NCBI GenBank assembly: GCA_009914755.4
Contig: CP086569.2
Location: 3,936,001-4,000,000, forward strand
Origin: the human T2T-CHM13v2.0 reference genome, Homo sapiens
Reading direction: 5' to 3'
Length of the DNA stretch: 64,000 nucleotides
Shown piece by piece: positions 45,901 to 59,846 of this stretch. The translations under genes and the position numbers were made by a program. Position 1 is the stretch's first letter. Each line of letters opens with the position of its first letter. The notes beneath the pieces are model-generated. The model saw nothing but the letters and a program-made list of their open reading frames with translations, did not search any database and was not told the origin of the DNA.

Positions 45901-48900
45901 AAACTTCCTCAGCTACCTCAACCTTTAGTAACCACCACCCTGATCAGTCAGTAGCTACCAACATCCAGGGAAGACCCTCCACCACTCAAGAGAATATGAC
46001 TTGTTGAAGACTCAGATGACTGATAACATATTTCAGCAATAAAGCAATTTTAAACTAAGGTATGCACATGTTTTTAGACATAATGTTATTCTTGCATACT
46101 TAATAGACTACAGCAAAGTGTAAGCATAACTTGTATATGCACTGGGAAAACAAAACATTAATGCCAGTCACTTTAATGTGATATTTGCTTTATTGAGGTG
46201 ATCTGGAACCAAACACAAAAGCTTGAAGGACAAAATGTGGACATTGAATCGCTTGAATGACAGGCAAATTGTATTAAAATTGATTATTTGGATACATAAA
46301 ATATAAGAACAGATTTTGAGAAGTAAAGAAACATGATAAGAACTATGATTTTGGAATATTGATCTAGCAAAGGCATGTAAGATAGCTTGTTGTGGGGAAA
46401 TAATAGTCAGAGGGATAAATATGAAGGTTATTAGAATAACTAAGCATAAGTAGTTAAGGCCAAAACTAGAGGTTAGTATTGGAATAATAGAAAATATTAA
46501 AGGTAATATTCAGTGAAGGGTTATTATGTTACCTGCTATGTGCTTTATAAATGTCCTGCAGTATCTACCACGCAAATTAGGCATGTGCTTTTATTATTAC
46601 TGTGTTACAACTAAAGTGACTTGAGATTATTATAGGTTATATGCTCACTCAAGGCTACATTGCTAATAACTGACCAGTGGTATGTTGAGAACTTGGAATA
46701 ACCTCCATACTAAATTCTAACATAACAATTGTGTGAGGGAGAGATAATACAATAATTAATGTTTTGGTGACTAACTGATGGGCAAGAAGTTTATAGATAA
46801 ATCATAGATGATTCTGAAGTTTCACATATGGCTTACTGGGTAATGATGATATTTATAAATTTCATAATTTAGAAAGGACTGCTTTCTTAAACATTTTATG
46901 GAAAGGTTTGGTTTTCTGTTCTTTACTTTTACTATTCTCTCAAAAGGAGGTTTGTTGTTGTTGTTTGTTTTTGCTTTCTTTTGTGTCATTGTCATTGTCT
47001 TTGTTTAAACTCTACAACAATAGAAACTCATTCTTTTTTTCCCACTCACTCTTAAGACATACCTCTAAAGCTAAACATTTTGCTCCATTAACCCTAGCTG
47101 CAAATATCTCCTTTATCTTTGAATTTCAACATATTCATGTGTCCAGAATAATGCTGTTTTAAACTTGCCTGTATTTTGTTAAATGATTCTCTTTCTCTAA
47201 ATTGTCCATATTTTCAAATCAGAGGTAAAGTACTATGTTTACATTACAGAGTTGTAGATAATTTTGTATTACTCTTCTGAATGCTTCACAATTTAAAAAT
47301 AACAGATATTTAAATATAACTACACTTACACAACCACTACTTTTTACCAAACACAGATGAACAAGAAAATACCAATTATTGTGGAAAGAATTAAGCTGGA
47401 TTTAAGTATACATTTTCTGATAATCAGAACTGCTAAATATTTATATTTTTATTGGGAAATTATAAAATGTACCTTTCCCTGAAACCTTTAAAATGGAATT
47501 GATGTAATACTGCAGTTAATTACTGAAAGTGCAACATTTTTCATTAAGACTCAGTGGACCTTAGGCTATGCTTACTGATCCTATAAATGAAATTCACAAA
47601 TAAAGTACACCAATGTTAAAGAAAAGCCTTACCACAGCATGACTAACAAGTAACAAATTAACAAATTATTTCAAGTTGTGATTATTTTTGTGGTATCCTT
47701 GTTTTGCTTTTGCTGCAAATATAAATCTGGCCTGTACAATCATCATAATCTAACAGTTTCTATAATACAAAGGCAGTCATGTAAATGCTAAAAATTATCA
47801 TAATTGCTTGAAATAGAGTTATAATCTCCAAATGTATGGAGATCAGTATACTGTTCTTTATTTCTTTATATTTCCCTCTCTCTCTTTCTATTTATTTCTT
47901 TTTTAAATTTTGCTAACTTGAATTCCCATGTTGAAAAGTCTAATTTCTCTAACCTGCCAGAAAAAAACAAATGCTGCTAAAGACCTTCAGTTTCACGGCA
48001 TGCATTGAAAACATAGTCCAAAAGGACTGAATCAATCCAATCATTTGGGAATAATTTAAACATTTTGATGGGGTCAACAATGCCAAAAGCTTATGCAAAA
48101 TTGCTTTGCTGTTCTGTGTTATTCAGATGCAATATACAAATTCTTACAAAAAGTTGCCATTACAAGATCTGTAGCAATAGAAGGATCTTAGAGAAGCGTG
48201 TATAATTATACCTCAGAGAGGAGTAGTAGCAGAAATATCTGCTGCAAAACTAATAAACACAAGAAAGCAAGTAAGATTGTCTCATGTAGGTGCACTGGTG
48301 GATTCAGGCTTTGTAGGTTTTGCCCCTTATATAATTTGAAGTGGACGCTTTAAGTAAAAGAATAACAAATTAGGAATGAAAGTGAATGTTTCTTTAGAAT
48401 GAGCAAAGGAAATCACACAAAATTACAAATTTATAAAAGCTGACAAGTATCACAAACTTCACAACATCCAGAAAAAAAACATAATATTTTTAATTAACTG
48501 AGAAACCTCTTTCATATTATTTTTCTATTTTTTGTTACCAATGCTTTGATTAGCTCTTCATAGCACAGTGATTTTGTGACATTATTTTCTATAGAGAAAA
48601 GAGAAACATAATTTGGTTTTCCTCTAGCATAGTTTAGGAAAGTTTCTTTCAACTTTACAACTCATTCTTGGTAATGTAATTAAACTATAGGATTCTAATC
48701 AAATTTATACAATTGACTATGATGTCTCTTTCATACATAAACTGCAAGATTTGGGACACATTTCTATAGCTTAGATGCTGGCTATACACATTTCAAACTT
48801 TTGTTTCTTCTCCAATACTCACGTACTCCCAGAGTTAAGTATCATAAACCAGTTCATATGACAATACCACCTCTGACACTGAAACTTCATGTCATGATGC

Positions 48901-49078
48901 AGAGTGGATTGGCACAGTACACACAAGTGCACAGAGCAATGGGGGAGAATGAAATGCACGGTGCATGGCAAGGAAACTGAGCACATTCACTCCAGGAAGA
49001 GCTGGCAAACTCCAGCTTGGGAATCTACAGTGGTCACTTATTAAGCCATCTGGGGGCAGGATTTTTTCTGCAGTCAAC

Positions 49079-49162
49079 TTGTCTGTTTCAAGTCATTTGA
49101 CACCCCTAGTTACAGCTTACTTGTCTGTTTCAAGTCATTTGACACCCCTAGTTACAGCTTAC
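49079..49162. repeat. Perfect tandem duplication of a 42-bp unit (2 copies)
   Basis: 'ttgtctgtttcaagtcatttgacacccctagttacagcttac' occupies 49079-49120 and again 49121-49162. Confidence 0.95.
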
Positions 49163-50401
49163 CTGATAGAAAAAATAAGGTGAGAGTGGACCAAAAAAAG
49201 TTTGATCCAAGATTCCTAAAAAGTAGTAATGGAAGCAGAAAAATTATTTTATAGCTGCCTACCACCAGGATTACGCTGCAAGAATCAACCCTGGGCTAGT
49301 AAATATGATATTGGTAATACTTTTCTCTAACAGTAAATTTAAGATTAGAATTTCCAGATTCTATAAATCTATAACGTATATAATGGCATATATTATCAGT
49401 AATCATGAAAAGTAACAGGTGTCTTTCTAAATGCTGCAACCACAAGAGTTACCTCTTTATAGATTAAAAGGTAAAAAAAAATGCTGGCAAAAAAAATAAT
49501 AAAATCATCTATTTTAAATCCATTTATTTTTCTTATAGAATCTTCAGAGCTTTACAAAAGGGTCTGATGTTTTACTGCTAAAAATTGATTATAAACACCA
49601 CTTCCTTGGATTCTAAAGCATCCAGGAAGACTAAAAACACTAATGACCTCAATTTTTTTTCCAGTTATAAATTCAGAAAACTAATCAGAATTTAAAAATT
49701 AAAATTTAACACAAAACAATACAATCTAAAAAAGGTCAGATTGCCTAGCCCACTGGCTTTGCACTCATACAAACAGGAAGCTGAAATTTTGAGTTTTGAT
49801 GGTCACTGTATCATTAATCTATTATGTTTCCATAACAAATTACCTGCTCAAATTTAAGTTTTCTTTATCTGCAAATCTTAAAGAGTTCACTGTGTCATGA
49901 GTATAATTGGTAAACAATCATATCTCCCTATATGAGGCAACCTCTCTGAGCACTAAACTAATTACCTAAACAATTTTTTTACCATGAAGATTGGTAACAA
50001 CGATATATAGGAGAAAAAAATATTAGAATTAAAGTGTCTTTGTTGTAAGATAATATTTTTTCTAATGATCTGGTTTCACTGCCAGTGTTAATAATTTATC
50101 TCTACCCAAATCTGTTCAGAAATAGAAATACTTTCTTTTATTACCTAAGAAGCTCTGAATAATCCCAACTGAAAAATGCCTGCCATGCTACTAGTACGGA
50201 AATCAAATTTTCTATACCTGTACATTTTAATTGGTGATGGAGGAATTTGTGCCTAATTATTTATATATGGTTTGAATTATATAATTAATAGTGCTGTTTT
50301 AAATAATTTTACCTATGATAGAATAAATTTCTCAAACTAATATTTTAATTCTTTCACCTTGCTTTGAGTCACTTGCAGGATGACTTGAAAATAGTATTCT
50401 T

Positions 50402-50740
<339 letters not shown>

Positions 50741-51462
50741 TTACTCTTGTAGGAAATGTGGCTTACTATTACAAGCTGATAGAATAGTTCCCTAAACTAT
50801 CCTCTTATTATTATCTGTGATAATATATTGAAAAGTATAGGTCATTGCTTAGACATATGTTGGGTTGTCAATACACTGAATACTCAGTAATACATAACAC
50901 AAAATATTTTGTCAACATATGTTAACTCAATGAAGTTTACAAGTATAGAAGTATGCTTATGGAGCTTCCTCATTCTGTACAATCAAGTTGCTCATCTTTC
51001 CTAGGACCAGAATAGACCAGAATATTTTTCCCTCTTAATTAATTCCTGGGTGTACTGAAGAAAAAATAGCAAATCTTAATTTTGACCTAAAACTAAATTC
51101 CAGAGTGCTACTTTCTACACATATTAGCTACAAATAGCATACATATTTCAAGATCTGGAATAGAAGTTGATAAGCTACACTTAAATCTTGGCTTGCTTTG
51201 GCCCTTGAGTTGCAAAACACAATGCTTATGGCATAGAGACCCTGATATTATCTCCATAAATGTGACAAATTACAAGCCAAATTAAATGACATACACCTAG
51301 AAGAGCCCCAATGGTACAATTTATTAAATACTTTAGTATAATGAGTATTTATGTTAAATTGATTATGCTAAGACTATGGCAGGTTAAGCTTAATATTTCT
51401 GGTTTCTGAATGCTCAGTTTAATATATCAGATTACAGCATCTTCACCTCTGTTTATTGTTTT

Positions 51463-51482
51463 GTGCTGCGTGTGTGTGTGTG
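51463..51482. repeat. (TG)n microsatellite
   Basis: gctgcgtgtgtgtgtgtgcac. Confidence 0.85.
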
Positions 51483-51486
51483 CACA

Positions 51487-52576
51487 AACTCAAAGAACTA
51501 AAAAAAGAAAAAGAAACTAAGCCCGTATTAGCAGACTAAAGTGAATAATAAATATTAAATCAGAACTAACAAAATAGAAAATAATTTGTAAAAACTCAAT
51601 AAAAGTGAGTTACTTTTTGGAATGACCAACAAAATTCACAAAACTTCAGCTAGACTGAAAAAAGAAAAAATTCAAATAAATAAAATAAAAAATGAGGAGA
51701 CATTATAACTGACATCACAGAAATATAAAATGATTATAAGAGATTATTATGAACAGTTGTACACTAACAAATTGGATAACTCGGAAAGATGGATTAATTC
51801 CTACAAACATATAATCTACCAAGAATGAATCATGAAGAGATAGAAAGTCTGAACAGACTGATAATTGGTAAGGAGTTTGAATGAATGAAAAAAACCTTCC
51901 AAAAAAGAAAAGCTTAGGAACATATGGCCTTACTGGTGAGTTCAACCAAACATAAATAAGAATTAACACCAATCCTTCTCAAGTTCTTCCAAAAAATAAA
52001 GAACAGTGAACACTATTGAACTGATTTTATGAAGCTGAAATGACCCTGATACCAAAGAAAGGCAAGAAGTCTACTAGAAAAGAAATTATGAGCCAATATC
52101 CCTGATGAACATAAATGCAAAAACTCACAACAAAAAGCTAGCAAACTAAATTCAACAAGATAACAAAAGGATCATACATCATGACCAAGTGGAATTACCC
52201 CTAGAATGCAAAAAAAAAAAATAATATAGGAAGCTATCAGTCAATGTGATATACCATATTAATAGAATGAAAAATAAAAATTATTTGATCATCTCAATAG
52301 GTACAGAAAAAACATTTGAGAAATTTCAACAACTTTTCATGATAAAAACAGACTAGATATAGAAGAAATTAACTCAAAGTAATAAAAGCCATATATAGAT
52401 AGCCCACAACTATTATATTCAATGGTGAAAAACTGAAATTTTTTTCTCTAACGTGAGGAAAAAGTCAAGGATGCCCACTCTCACCATTTCTGTTCAACAC
52501 AGTACTGGAGTTTCTAGCCAGGGCAATAAGTAAAAAAGGGCATCTAAATCAGATAGGTAGAAATAAAATTATAAAG

Positions 52577-52617
<41 letters not shown>

Positions 52618-54480
52618 TTAGAACTAAAAAACAAATTCAATATAATTGCAGAATACAAAATAAATGTACAAAAATTGTGTTTCTGTACACTGACAATGAA
52701 ATATTGGAAAAAGAAGTTATGAAAATAATGTCATTTACAATAGCATCAAAATAATAAAATACATATGAATAACCTAGCCAAAAAGGAAAAAGACTTGTGT
52801 ATACTGAAAACTACAAAACACTGGTGAACAAAAGTAAAGAAGATAAAAATAAATGCAAAGATTCCCTGTGTTTATGAATTGGAAGAGTTAATATTGTAAA
52901 AATATACATACTACTCAAAATGACCTGCAGGTTTTTCCAATCTGTATAAGAAACTCAATTTTTTTACATTAATAGAAAAAGCAATCTTAAAATTTATATG
53001 AGACTATAAAGGATTGTACCCAAATCTTAAGAGAAACAAAGACAAAGGACTCTAACATCCTAATTTTAACACACACTACAAAGCCACAGTAATCAAAATA
53101 GTATGATACTAGCCTAAAATAGACACTTAGACCAATAAAGCAGAATAGGAAGCCCAGAAATAACATCATGCATATATGGTCAACAGAGCTTCAACATGGG
53201 AGCTAAGAATACAAAGTGGAGTAAGGGTAATCTCTTCAACAAATGGTGATGAGAAAATTGCAAATTCACAGGCAGAAGAATAAAATTGGGCTTTTATGTC
53301 ACGTAATTCATAAAAACCTACTCAAAATGAGTTAAAGACTTAATTGTAGAATGTAAACTGTAAAACTTCTAGAAAAAAATAGGAGAAAATCTTCATGACA
53401 TTGATCTTGGCAATGATATATTGGATATAACACCAAAAGTACAGGTGAGAAAAGCAAAAATAGACCAGTGGGACCGTATCAAACTAAAACGCTTTTGCAC
53501 AACAAAGGAAATAACCAACAGAATAAAAAGGCAACCTACAGTCTGTAGGAGAATATTTGCAAACCATATATCTGATAGCTTAATATCCAAAATATATAAA
53601 AAACTACAACTCAATACCAAAAAAAACCCAAATAACCCAATTAATAAGTAATAAAATGATCTGAATAGATATTTGTTCAAAGAAGATGTCCAAATAGTCA
53701 AGAGGAATATTAAAAGTTGCTCAACATCCTAATACCCAGGGAAATGCAATTCGACAACAATGAGATATTACCTTATACTTGTTAGAATTTAAAAACAAAA
53801 ACCAACAAATGTAGCAAGTGTTGATGAGGATGTAGAACACAAGGAACACTTGAGCACTGAAGGGAAATATGTAAAATAATAAAGCTGCTAGGGAAAAACA
53901 GTATAGCGTTTCCTGAAAACATTAATAATGGAACTACCATGTGATCCAGCCTTCCCAACTCTGGCTATTTTTTCAAAATAACTGAAATCCAGATCTTGAA
54001 GAGATATTTGTACTCTCATATTCTGGGCAGATTATTTATAGTAGCCAAGAGGTAATGCCCATGGACTAATGAATAAAGAAAATGTGATATATACATACAA
54101 TGGAATTTATTTAGTGATAAAAAATATGCCATATGCTATAATCTGGATGAACCTTGAGGACTTTATGTTAAGTGAAATAAGCCAGTTGCAGAAGGACAGA
54201 AACTGTATGATTTAACTTATGTGATATATGTAAAGGTGTCAAACTCATAGTAGTACAGAGTGGAATGTTGTTTGCCAGGGGCTGGGAGGAATGGAGAATG
54301 GAGAGTTGCTGTTCAAAGGATATAAAATTTCCTTCAAGCAGGATGAAAATGTTCTAGAAATCTATTCTACACTATTGGGATTATAGTTAGCAACACAGTA
54401 CTCTGCACTTAAATATTTGTTAAGAGGATGGAAATTCATATGTGTGTCTTTTTGAACAAAATAAAAAAAAAAAAAAAAAG
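51487..54480 (+). mobile_element. Ancient L1 (L1M-type, e.g. L1MA/L1MB-like): ORF2 from the EN/RT linker to the 3' end with poly-A
   Basis: '...aaattggataactcggaaagatggattaattcctacaaacatataatctaccaagaatgaatcatgaagagatagaaagtctgaacagactgataa...caccaatccttctcaagttcttccaaaaaat...ccaatatccctgatgaacataaatgcaaaaa...' and so on to '...gaaataagccagttgcagaaggacagaaactgtatgatttaacttatgtgatatatgtaaaggtgtcaaactcatagtagtacagagtggaatgttgtttgccaggggctgggagg...tattgggattatagttagcaacacagtactctgcacttaaatatttgttaagagg...(A)17'. This is the characteristic L1MA/L1MB 3' end. Internal (CA)16 at 52581-52615. Confidence 0.88.
52581..52615. repeat. (CA)n microsatellite inside the L1M
   Basis: About 17 consecutive CA dinucleotides. 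Confidence 0.95.
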
Positions 54481-54689
54481 AACTTGGCCTTGGTAACGTA
54501 TCAGACCTAGTTTGGAGCTTTCAATTCTGTTGGTCCTGTGGCCTTTAGTCAGTCAGTTTACTTAATCCATTTAATAGGTAATAGCATTTAACATTTATCC
54601 ACTATAGCGTTTAGTATGTACAAGACACTTTTGAAATGCTACATAGATTGATAGATGATAAATAGATGGCCAATTGATACATAAATGCC

Positions 54690-54830
54690 AATACTCCTTT
54701 AATCCTCACAACAATCCATTCTACAAATGAGAAAACTAAGGCAGGGAATGATCAACTAATTTGTCACATAGCTAGTAAGTTATAGTGTGAGAATTCAATT
54801 CTAGGCAGCCTAGATTCACAGTTTTTGCTT
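54690..54830 (+). mobile_element. MIR SINE fragment (core plus 3' region)
   Basis: 'tcctttaatcctcacaacaatccattctacaaatgagaaaactaaggcagggaatgatcaactaatttgtcacatagctagtaagttatagtgtgagaattcaattctaggcagcc' compared with the MIR consensus '...ttacagatgaggaaactgaggcacagagaggttaagtaacttgcccaaggtcacacagctagtaagtggcagagccaggattcgaacccaggcagtc'. Confidence 0.65.
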
Positions 54831-56369
54831 TTAACTAATCTACTATATTATCTTGAAATCTCTTTACTTTCCTGCAAAGAGGTAGTATATATAAAACATT
54901 AAACAAGTGCTTTGCACATAATAATTAATATAGGCTTATATTACATTATTTATTACAATAAAGTGTAATAAAACATGGAAAGTCATGATGAATATCAGAA
55001 GGCAATAAACTTTGCAACAAATTAAATAACCATTGCAATGAAAAGGGTTGAAAGTTTAAGCAATGAAATATAAAGACTTCAGCTAATTATCAGAATGTCA
55101 TATAGTGGTTCCAATTTTGGTCTCAATTTCCTGGTCTTTATAGTTGGAATAATATTTCTCTCATAGGATGTGTAAAAATTAAATGAATTCACACACCTGA
55201 AGTATTTAGACCAAAGCCTGGTATATGTTAAGTGCTCAAAAACAGTGCATGTGTCACAGAGGATTGACCTGCTGCATAGTTGTAATAATTAAAAATATAT
55301 GGTTATGTATATTATAAAATGTCTTTCAATGGTGAATGTCAAGATTTAACAACCTTCACAGCAAGAACTATTTCCTTCTATCATAACTGAATCTCATAAT
55401 CTCCATGGGCTGGAAAATAACACATTATATTGCTTTTATAATTATCCTTATAATAAATGGACAATATCAAATAATTTTCCTGAATTCTTTGTTTTAGATG
55501 AAATGTTTTCAGCTCCTAAATTGATTTCAGATGTTTTGGATTTCCTAACAGAAAGCATTTACTTTATTCCCTTTAAAACTAGTCTATGTTAATCTCAAAA
55601 TTTGGAAATCAAATTGTAGTAAAAATTTAAATAATCTAGCATTTTGCAATGCAAGATAATTACTCATTGAACAAAGTTTTAAAAAATCAAGAAATGCATA
55701 TGGCTCACGTCACTAACCATACAAGAACATTATGAGGCATTTTGGCAGCAGATACTGGGGAAACTATGACTTTGACCAGCATATACCCTTTGAATAGAAT
55801 AGGAGAAAAAATAAAAGACTACAGTAAATTTAACTGGTCTCAAAACTATTGATTTTGTAATAGAGTTTTTAAATTTTTCAAAGACCAAAGTCATTACTTC
55901 AGAAATAATGAACCATCAATATTCCACCAAACAGCTTCTAGCAGATATAAAAGGAGATGTAATTGGAAGGAAATCAACTTCAGCTACTCCAGTGAAAACT
56001 TTGCATAAATATGTTGTTAAAAATGGTCTTGGTGGTTATGGACCTGTAGTTTATGTTGCTTTCATGGAGTACACTATGGATTTATTAATGGAACTACAGG
56101 TCTATGGTAACTATAAGTTAAGTATTTAGGTGAATATATAAATTGTCATTATTTTAAATACAGAAAAATTTGTAAATATTCTAAATAATGAAACAATTTA
56201 ATTTACAATATATGTACAAGGTTTAGCAAGCAACAAAACTCCAGATTAAAGCAAAAATACAGTAGTGATTTTTAAAAATAGTACAATGGTAAAAGTAAGA
56301 TATGTGTGTATCTGAAAGTTTAGAAAATTGTATAAGCCAGTCAGGACATTTCTTATGGGAATGCAGCAA

Positions 56370-57361
56370 GACTGAAGAGCTTCTGCACAGCAAAAGAAGC
56401 TGCCATCAGAGTGAACAGGCAACCTACAGCATGGGAGAAAATTTTTGCAATCTACTCATCTGACAAAGAGCTAATATCCAGAATCTACAAAGAACTTAAA
56501 CAAATTTACAAGAAAAAAAACAAACAACCCCATCAAAAAGTGGGCAAAGGATATGAACAGACACTTCTCAAAGGAAGACATTTATGCAGCCAAAAAACAC
56601 ATGAAAAAATGCTCATCATCACTGGCCATCAGAGAATGCAAATCAAAACCACAATGAGATACCATCTCATGCCAGTTAGAATGGCAATCATTAAAAAGTC
56701 AGGAAACAACAGATGCTGGAGAGGATGTGGAGAAATAGAAACACTTTTACACTGTTGGTGGGACTGTAATCTAGTTCAACCATTGTGGAAGACAGTGTGG
56801 CGATTCCTCAAGGATCTAGAACTAGAAATACCATTTGACCCAGCGATCCCATTACTGGGTACATACCCAAAGGATTATAAATCATGATACTATGACACAT
56901 GCACATGTATGTTTATTGCGGCACTATTCACAATAGCAAAGACTTGGAACCAACCCAAATGTCCATCAATGATAGAGTGAATTAAGAAAATGTGGCACAT
57001 ATACACCATGGAATACTATGCAGCCATAAAACCGGATAAGTTCATGTCCTTTGCAGGGACATTGATGAATGGAAACCATCATTCTCAGCAAATTATCACA
57101 AGAACCGAAAACCAAACACCGCATGTTCTCACTCATGGGTGGGAATTGAACACTTGGACACAGGGCGGGGAACATCACACATCAGGGTCTGTTGTGGGGT
57201 GTGGGGCTGGGGGAGGGATAGCAGTAGGAGAAATACCTAATGTAAATGATGAGTTTATGGGTTCAGCAAACCAAGATGGCAAATGTATACCTATGTAACA
57301 AACCTGCTCATTGTACACATGTGCCCTAGAACTTAAAGTGTAATAAAAGAGAGAAAAAAAA
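56370..57361 (+). mobile_element. 5'-truncated L1PA (mid-age L1PA subfamily), 3' terminal about 1 kb with short A tail
   Basis: 'gagcttctgcacagcaaaagaagctgccatcagagtgaacaggcaacctacagcatgggagaaaatttttgcaatctactcatctgacaaagagctaatatccagaatctacaaagaacttaaacaaatttacaagaaaaaaaacaaacaaccccatcaaaaagtgggc...gcggcactattcacaatagcaaagacttggaaccaacccaaatgtccatcaatgatag...gggtgggaattgaacacttggacacagggcggggaacatcac...cctaatgtaaatgatgagtttatgggttcagcaaaccaagatggcaaatgtatacctatgtaacaaacctgctcattgtacacatgtgccctagaacttaaagtgtaataaaag'. Only about 10% divergence from the L1PA consensus as recalled. Confidence 0.93.
56411..56887 (+). pseudogene. L1 ORF2p C-terminal segment (158-aa open frame inside the truncated L1PA)
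   Basis: '[52 protein letters not shown]...[77 protein letters not shown]' aligns to the C-terminal cysteine-rich region of L1 ORF2p. It has no EN or RT domain, so it is not functional. Confidence 0.9.
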
Positions 57362-59846
57362 GAAATTTTATTATATTTAAATCATTACAACACCTGCTTT
57401 ATGTGTGGTATAAGTTTACTTCTTGACTTCTTCCAATATCAATATTTTGTTCTTGAAAGAAATCAAACATGGGTAGTATTAATAGTCTAGGCTATACTGG
57501 CAGGAAGAAGCCATCTCATTTTCATAGCCTATGATATAACAATGTGAATCCTGCAAATAGGAATATATAAATAAATAGAAAGATTTGTAATTTTAAGTGT
57601 CAAAAAAAGTGGAGAATTTGTGAACAACCATATATCCATTTAAAGCTTTAGTGACTGCATAAGGAATAAATGTACAGTTATAATACAGGATTTAGTAAAC
57701 AACACAAATTGTGTTTTTATTTGGTTATGATTAATATTGACAGGTTTTTACTATATGAAGAACTGACAGGTGCCCAGAAAAGTATCCTCATAATAAAACA
57801 AAATATCAGAAGGACCTACCCAGTATTTGAAGGTCAAATAATAAGCCTTAACTTAAATGATTTTAACAATTTGTGATTTTATTCCTCTGTTCTTTCACAA
57901 GATCGCAGATTCAGAATTTGTTTGTGTTTTTTTTTCTTTCAAACACTAGGGAGTTATTTCCTAAATAATATTTTAAGTGTGCACTTTTAAAGAAGTAATT
58001 GTGTTTGAAAAGGAAAATAAAAACATATGCTTTGCTGTTGTTAAATGAACTTCCTTCTAATCAACTTTTAACAGTGATTCCCATAGAATAAACTCACATA
58101 AAAATTATTTGAGCTTTATGAGTAAAATTTATTCCTAGACTAAAACATATTTCACAGGGAAGCAAAATATAAGACAGAATACGATATTGAGTAAGAAAAT
58201 TTACTACTCTAGTGTTTTATGTATCTCCTCCATTCTCCCTCTGCATGTCTATAAATTGTTTTCTGCTAGTTTATTTGGTTATTGGGTGGTCATTCTAGGA
58301 CATCACACATTTATATTTCTGAAAAAAAAAACTAATATTAGAGAAAGATTTAGGTATATAAAACATTTTTTCTCAATTAATAACTTTGTACACATTTAGA
58401 TAGAAAAACAACTGTTTGTTTTCTGAAATACAAAATAACATTATAGTTGAGAATCTGCTTGCATTAAATTGTATCACTTCACAATGTGTTAAGAGAAGCT
58501 TTAGGATTTGTAATAGTATAGGAATCCCTTACAGAGAGTAAAAGTGGGAATTACAAATGGTAACTAATCACCCACATTTAGAAAACAAGAGTAGAGTTTA
58601 AGCAGTAAAAAGAAAAGATAGCTATATTTTTAGATTTGTCTTTTATCCCTCTATCTATCCTCTGTTGAAGTTCCCTCTTTAATACAATCTGAAAAAAAAC
58701 ACCTGTGGATATAATAAAAGACATGATAAATGAGCAGGTAAAGGTATTAACACTCTCCAAGAAAAGGGCTTGGATACATCAGAGAACAGTCCATTTTGTA
58801 GTTAGCTAGGTGATCTATTGTATTATTTTTTGTTTCTAATTTGGTCTTGAGATCTTCATAACAAGAGTGTCTACAAACTCTAGACTTAACTTATGGGACT
58901 CCAGGGCACTCATCAAGCAGGTATCCTGCAAGAAGTTCTAACTGGTGGGTTTAGAGCAAGCAGGTTCCATGGAATCACACTGTGACTGCGAGGTAGTAAC
59001 TTTGGCATACCTGCACAATCCATATGGGGTAAAGGAGTCAGTGGGGTGAGTCAAATAAGTTGTATTTAACTGTTCCACAGGGATGTGGGACACCAGGAGG
59101 TGGTTGTACAAGGCAAATATCTGGGTCGACTACACTGAGGAACTGGGAGGAGGTGGAGAACTAGAAAGTTTGTCAAGGGCAATTAAGCTTTCTGGTATGA
59201 GAAAGCCCAACTTCTATTCAAAATGGATGCTGAAGCAAAACAAAATTATAGGACTTAATTACTGCTATAATAAAGATAAACTGCATCTATAGCCAGTCCT
59301 TATTTTCAGGGAAGCAGAGGTGGTGTGGAAGGAGAGGGCATAAGGACTGAATAAAGAGTGATTTTAAAGAGAATATCCACAGAGCTTGAGGGTAAAAAAT
59401 TTGCTTCAGAAATTTAACCCTGATTGAGAGAATGTTAATGCCTTTTGTTGAATCAATGAACTTGGGAAATAGGCCAATATTTTTAAGAGAGGTGAGCAGG
59501 TTATGAACCTCATTGTAGGTAAATTGAATGAAGTGGTAATTAAACTTCCACATGATAATACTGTCAACATGTAGAGATATGAAACTAGAGTTAAAACTAG
59601 AGGTGGTATAACCAAACATATGAGGTGTCCACATAGAGGTAGTAGTTGAAGCTACAATATATGATCATTTTATCCACCCCCAAAATGGAGATTAGTAGAA
59701 CCAAATGAATTATATACCAAATATATTTGCTAAGAAGGAGTTATGAATTAATGTTTGGGAAATTGCTATTTATATTTATTTACTTTTACCATGAGTATAT
59801 ATTGATAGGGAGTGATCGAATGATAAAATTAAACATGACTTAATTT

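Noticed and set aside
49079-49162. Two identical 42-bp direct repeats, considered as a minimal CRISPR-like array.
   Set aside because: There are only two units and they are directly adjacent with no spacer. The unit has no palindromic repeat structure, and the genome is eukaryotic. It is a simple tandem duplication.
55908-56129. 73-aa plus-strand ORF in apparently unique sequence (MNHQYSTKQLLADIKGDVIGRK...).
   Set aside because: It has no recognisable domain and no splice-site or Kozak context that I can defend. It is short and AT-rich. It cannot be supported as an exon from sequence alone and is left unannotated.
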